From assembly GCA_963754925.1 (NCBI GenBank), contig CAVWHX010000001.1, positions 192,001 to 256,000 on the forward strand: a stretch of DNA of 64,000 bases, given 5' to 3'. The notes under the pieces are model-generated. The model was given only the letters and a program-made list of their open reading frames with translations, was not told the origin of the DNA and did no database searches. This document shows, piece by piece, positions 60,704 to 64,000 of this stretch. The stretch comes from an uncultured delta proteobacterium (GTDB lineage Bacteria; Myxococcota; B64-G9). The stretch's first letter is position 1, and every line of letters begins with the position of its first letter. Made by a program: the position numbers and the translations under genes.

Positions 60704-61771
60704 TCAGAGCGTGCGGCGATGAGGTTGCTTGAACTCAACGGCAAGCACACCGTCTTTAAAAATGCGGACGGCGCCATTGGTCTTACTCACGAGGAAGGTA
60801 ATAGCTTTGGTGTTTTTAGTGATGAGCAAAGCCGCGGCGTTGCGCGTACCAAGCCCCAACGGCAACTCGATTTCGAGATCCTCGGCAGAGCGCAGGTAGC
60901 GTCCGGCCGCTAGTACCACGCCGTCTTCACGCACGATGATCGCGCCGTCGAGCAACGCATAATTGCGGATGGCGTCGCGCACTTTCGGATCAAGGATGTT
61001 TTTCTCGGCTTCGGAGTACCCCTGGAACGGGTTGAGGGTCAGTTGCTTGGATTTCTCCATGACTGCAACCGAGTCACCCACCACTAAGATGGTGCCCACC
61101 GGCGAGCCCTCATAGCCCTCGTAACCGATATTCAACGCCAGGTTCAAGACGCATTCGAGCACCTGAGCGGAAAACTCGCTACCGGCCTGCAGCACCCCAA
61201 GAGCCGAGCTTTCCTCCGAATGATCACCGATGCGTGTGAGCATACAGGTATCCATGGTGGCCGTGTTGATCTTGCCGGCGACGCATAAGACCGTCATCCC
61301 GTCGGTAAGAAGGTTCGACGTGACGCAGGCCGCTAACGAGATTTTGATCTTATCGAAACGATCGAAGGCATACGCCGGAATGATCTCGTGAGCGATACCT
61401 TCTTCTTCGCAACGAGCGCCGACCTTTTCGGATGGCGTGGCCACCACCAACTTCTTGCGAACGCTGCGCTTCCTCTTGAGATCCTCAAAGGGCGGCATCG
61501 CATCAAAGACGAACAGAACGCGGTCAACATCAATGTGGGAGGCCATTTCCAAGGCCTCCTTGAGAAACTCTTTTTCCGGATTGAGCTTCGCGGAGGACGG
61601 TTTATCCCTTTCTTTCTCCCTATCCTTATCTTTGTCCTTGTCTTTTTCCTTATCCTTGTCCTTGGCGGTCTTGGTCTTCGATGCGGCACTACTCTGGAGA
61701 GCTGTTCCCTGGCCCGAAGACGAGGGCTGACCAGAAACCTGCGCTTGAGTGGCGTCGGCTGAGGAAACCAT
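60704..61771 (-). CDS. DacZ-type diadenylate cyclase (DisA_N/DAC domain with N-terminal extension)
   Basis: EGSPVGT, LNPFQGY, LDGA, AAGRYL, GLGTRNAAA and VSKTNG motifs, with a KD/KE low-complexity N-terminus. Confidence 0.85.
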   Translation of the reverse strand: MVSSADATQAQVSGQPSSSGQGTALQSSAASKTKTAKDKDKEKDKDKDKDREKERDKPSSAKLNPEKEFLKEALEMASHIDVDRVLFVFDAMPPFEDLKRKRSVRKKLVVATPSEKVGARCEEEGIAHEIIPAYAFDRFDKIKISLAACVTSNLLTDGMTVLCVAGKINTATMDTCMLTRIGDHSEESSALGVLQAGSEFSAQVLECVLNLALNIGYEGYEGSPVGTILVVGDSVAVMEKSKQLTLNPFQGYSEAEKNILDPKVRDAIRNYALLDGAIIVREDGVVLAAGRYLRSAEDLEIELPLGLGTRNAAALLITKNTKAITFLVSKTNGAVRIFKDGVLAVEFKQPHRRTL

Positions 61772-61833
61772 ACGTCTACCTTAACTCGCTTGAAGGATAT
61801 CGATCAACTTTTTAATCGTTCTGAGCCCTTGAG

Positions 61834-62433
61834 TTATGAGGGAAGCGGTGAATCCAACCCGAGGCGATTTCGTTTTTCTCGGATGAGCTGTTCGATGCCG
61901 GCAATAACTTCATCGGGCGCTTCTGGGCTGGCTTTAAGTGCCGCCTGTAGTGCGATGAGTTTTTCCAGCTCGGTTTTTTCATGAGCAACTAATTGATCGA
62001 TCATTCGACTGAGTTCTTCCCCGACCGATTGTAGTTCGTCGCCCTTACGCAAGGGCCTGAAATCGGTCAGTTTGCCGTCTGCGACTTGCCCCAACGTACG
62101 TTGGATGGAATACGCGGGGCCGGCTATTTTATGAGTTGCCACGATGCCGACGGACGTGAGGGCAATCACCAAACCACCCAGAAAAACAAACAGGTACATG
62201 AGCACCCGTTGGTCGTCCTTGCGGAGCTCAGCAGCCAGGGCGGAGTCCAACTCGGGATCGTCAAGAGATGAAACGCGCGAACTCTCACGGTGGGCCTGGT
62301 ATAATGAGACACCCAACGCGGTTGCGATGACCGTTGAGACGACCACCACCGCCAGGGTGTATTTGAGCTGAAAGCGTTTATCAAGGAGGAAATTGCGCAA
62401 CTTGCGCGACGTTCGGTCATTGGCCATGGTCAA
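61834..62433 (-). CDS. Two-TM HAMP-domain membrane protein
   Basis: FQLKY, two TM segments and THKIAGP...LRKGDEL; no output domain. Confidence 0.8.
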   Translation of the reverse strand: MTMANDRTSRKLRNFLLDKRFQLKYTLAVVVVSTVIATALGVSLYQAHRESSRVSSLDDPELDSALAAELRKDDQRVLMYLFVFLGGLVIALTSVGIVATHKIAGPAYSIQRTLGQVADGKLTDFRPLRKGDELQSVGEELSRMIDQLVAHEKTELEKLIALQAALKASPEAPDEVIAGIEQLIREKRNRLGLDSPLPS

Positions 62434-62448
62434 AACCTCCGGTTGATG

Positions 62449-63384
62449 CTATGGCAAACTTTGACGCCCTACGTATTCGACGATCTGATCCAGCGCGGCG
62501 CCGGTTGCGGCGTTAAGCAGGGTGTTTACCAAATTTTCCCGTTCGTCGGCGGTCGGATCGGCCATCTCCGCGCTGGCTTCACCTGACGCGGAATACTCCA
62601 TGCGCATTCTCTCGAGTGAGGCCACGATAATGCTAACTTTACAAATAAATAGGATTTTGTTACCCCGTGGAGTCATCGTCAGGGCCGAAATTCTCGGTTG
62701 TAGTTGATAGCCTCGGAGCTTACGCATCTTGAGATGCGCCGCGAGCTTATCTCCAGCGAGTACCGTGTCTTCTCCGGCTGAAAAGACCAGCGACGGTTGC
62801 CCGGATATGCTTTCTCGTAGGATGCGATCAAGACTCCGTGAAAGCCGAGGGCTTACCGTCGCGGATTGGCTCGCCGGGACCGTATCGATCAGCGCTTTGA
62901 CTGGTCCGCGGGCTTGATCGAGCAAGACCAGGGCTTTCTCCGCTGCTTGTGAAACGAGCGGGTTGAGATGCGCAAGCAAGGGGCAGAGATCTGGCCTGGC
63001 CGGCTGGTAGGCGAGTTTTCCAAGCGCCATGGCTGCAGCCGCTTGGACGGCATCATGGGGGTCCTGTAGGGAGTTGCGCAGGGCAGAGGCGGCCGTGGTG
63101 AGCTGTTTTTTGCCGATGAGAATTGCCGCCTGGAGGCGCACCTTGAATGAAGGATCGGAAAGCGCTGCGACCAAACGTTCCTCGATATCGGTATCTGCGG
63201 CCTGTGCATGAAGTGAGCACCACGGGAATAACCCCATGCTCAAACTGAACCATAGCAATGTCTGACGAAGTATCAAACGCTTGCCCTTGGCAGCGCGATA
63301 GAAGTCATTCATAGGACGCATGGTATCATTTCTCGGGTAGGTATCGATACTATTTTTCGATGTGTTCATTCCGTAATTCATCAA
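62449..63384 (-). CDS. Secreted HEAT-repeat protein
   Basis: Signal peptide, LSDPSFKVRLQAA and LQDPHDAVQAAAA repeats. The start may be near 63321. Confidence 0.75.
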   Translation of the reverse strand: MMNYGMNTSKNSIDTYPRNDTMRPMNDFYRAAKGKRLILRQTLLWFSLSMGLFPWCSLHAQAADTDIEERLVAALSDPSFKVRLQAAILIGKKQLTTAASALRNSLQDPHDAVQAAAAMALGKLAYQPARPDLCPLLAHLNPLVSQAAEKALVLLDQARGPVKALIDTVPASQSATVSPRLSRSLDRILRESISGQPSLVFSAGEDTVLAGDKLAAHLKMRKLRGYQLQPRISALTMTPRGNKILFICKVSIIVASLERMRMEYSASGEASAEMADPTADERENLVNTLLNAATGAALDQIVEYVGRQSLP

Positions 63385-64000
63385 AGCTTATCCGCTCCAA
63401 CCAGTCATGAACGTTCGGTTCTTCTCCGACGCCGTGGGGAAATTGCGAGAGCACCGTGAGTATCAACGCGGCGCCGGCCCGATCACCGGCGCGGTACCGA
63501 GCGATTGCCAACAGACGCAGGTTTTCAGAGAAAAACGCCGGATGCACAAAACCTATTTCTCCAGCGCGCTCGAGATATGGGATGGCCTGCGCAAAACGCT
63601 CGCGTAGGTAGAGTTGACGTCCCAGCAGGTACCAGGCGCCGGCCCATGTCTTGGTCTCGATCGCAGCTTCATGCAGGGTGAGCAAGGAGGCCGTGTCGTT
63701 TTCTCCGGTATCAAGGAAATCCAAGACCAGCCTCCCGGCATGGTCACGTTCGAGGGCTTCAAGCTTGATCAGAGCCAGGCGTTCGTAATTTTGATTGGGG
63801 CTTTCGGCCAGCATCAGTTGGTACTGTTCGCGGGCTTGATCAATTTTGCCCGCAGTCGCCAGAAGATCGCCGATACGATTGTGCAAATTGATGCGCTGAA
63901 TGACATTGAGATCGGTTCGCGCCAAGAGGGCTAAGCCCTCGGACAATGCCGTTTCGGATTCGCCTACGCGCCTGCGGATCTCGACCATCAAGGCCAGGGT
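63350..64000 (-). CDS. TPR protein, 5' end outside window
   Basis: TPR-like helices (IGDLL..AG, WYLLGR...A..YLERA). Confidence 0.7.
   Translation of the reverse strand, partial: TLALMVEIRRRVGESETALSEGLALLARTDLNVIQRINLHNRIGDLLATAGKIDQAREQYQLMLAESPNQNYERLALIKLEALERDHAGRLVLDFLDTGENDTASLLTLHEAAIETKTWAGAWYLLGRQLYLRERFAQAIPYLERAGEIGFVHPAFFSENLRLLAIARYRAGDRAGAALILTVLSQFPHGVGEEPNVHDWLERISFDELRNEHIEK

Noticed and set aside
61610..61675. DNA tandem repeat / contingency locus
   Set aside because: The hexamers are imperfect and simply encode the KD/KE low-complexity tract.

Overview
This is a 64-kb chromosomal window from a Myxococcota/deltaproteobacterial genome, probably an anaerobe and probably a long-read assembly, since about 15 genes are split by 1-bp indels, including pnp. 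Housekeeping genes are purA, nfo, trpS-scpA-scpB-rluB, argS, alaS, dut, pnp, rpsO, truB, an rbfA-DHH fusion and three tRNAs (Lys, Glu, Val). Myxobacterial signature genes are an rpoE1-like ECF sigma/anti-sigma/frzS-like cluster, an aglZ-like gene, a TIGR04563 small protein, PEGA proteins and a Ser/Thr kinase-FGE fusion. Anaerobic redox genes are a three-subunit Bfu/NfnABC-type flavin-bifurcating complex, an orphan metV, a rubrerythrin-like gene and a partly duplicated SCP2-Fe-ADH-SCP2-ALDH cluster. A DacZ-type diadenylate cyclase carries a variant catalytic motif. The most striking non-coding signal is a dispersed ~55-bp TAGAG-bounded double-hairpin repeat family at five loci. It has co-varying stems, GNA triloops and tandem G.A pairs typical of single-stranded DNA hairpins, and it often starts on a TAG stop codon. 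No transposase, integrase, phage or CRISPR-Cas genes are visible. All calls come from motif recognition by eye; no database searches were run.
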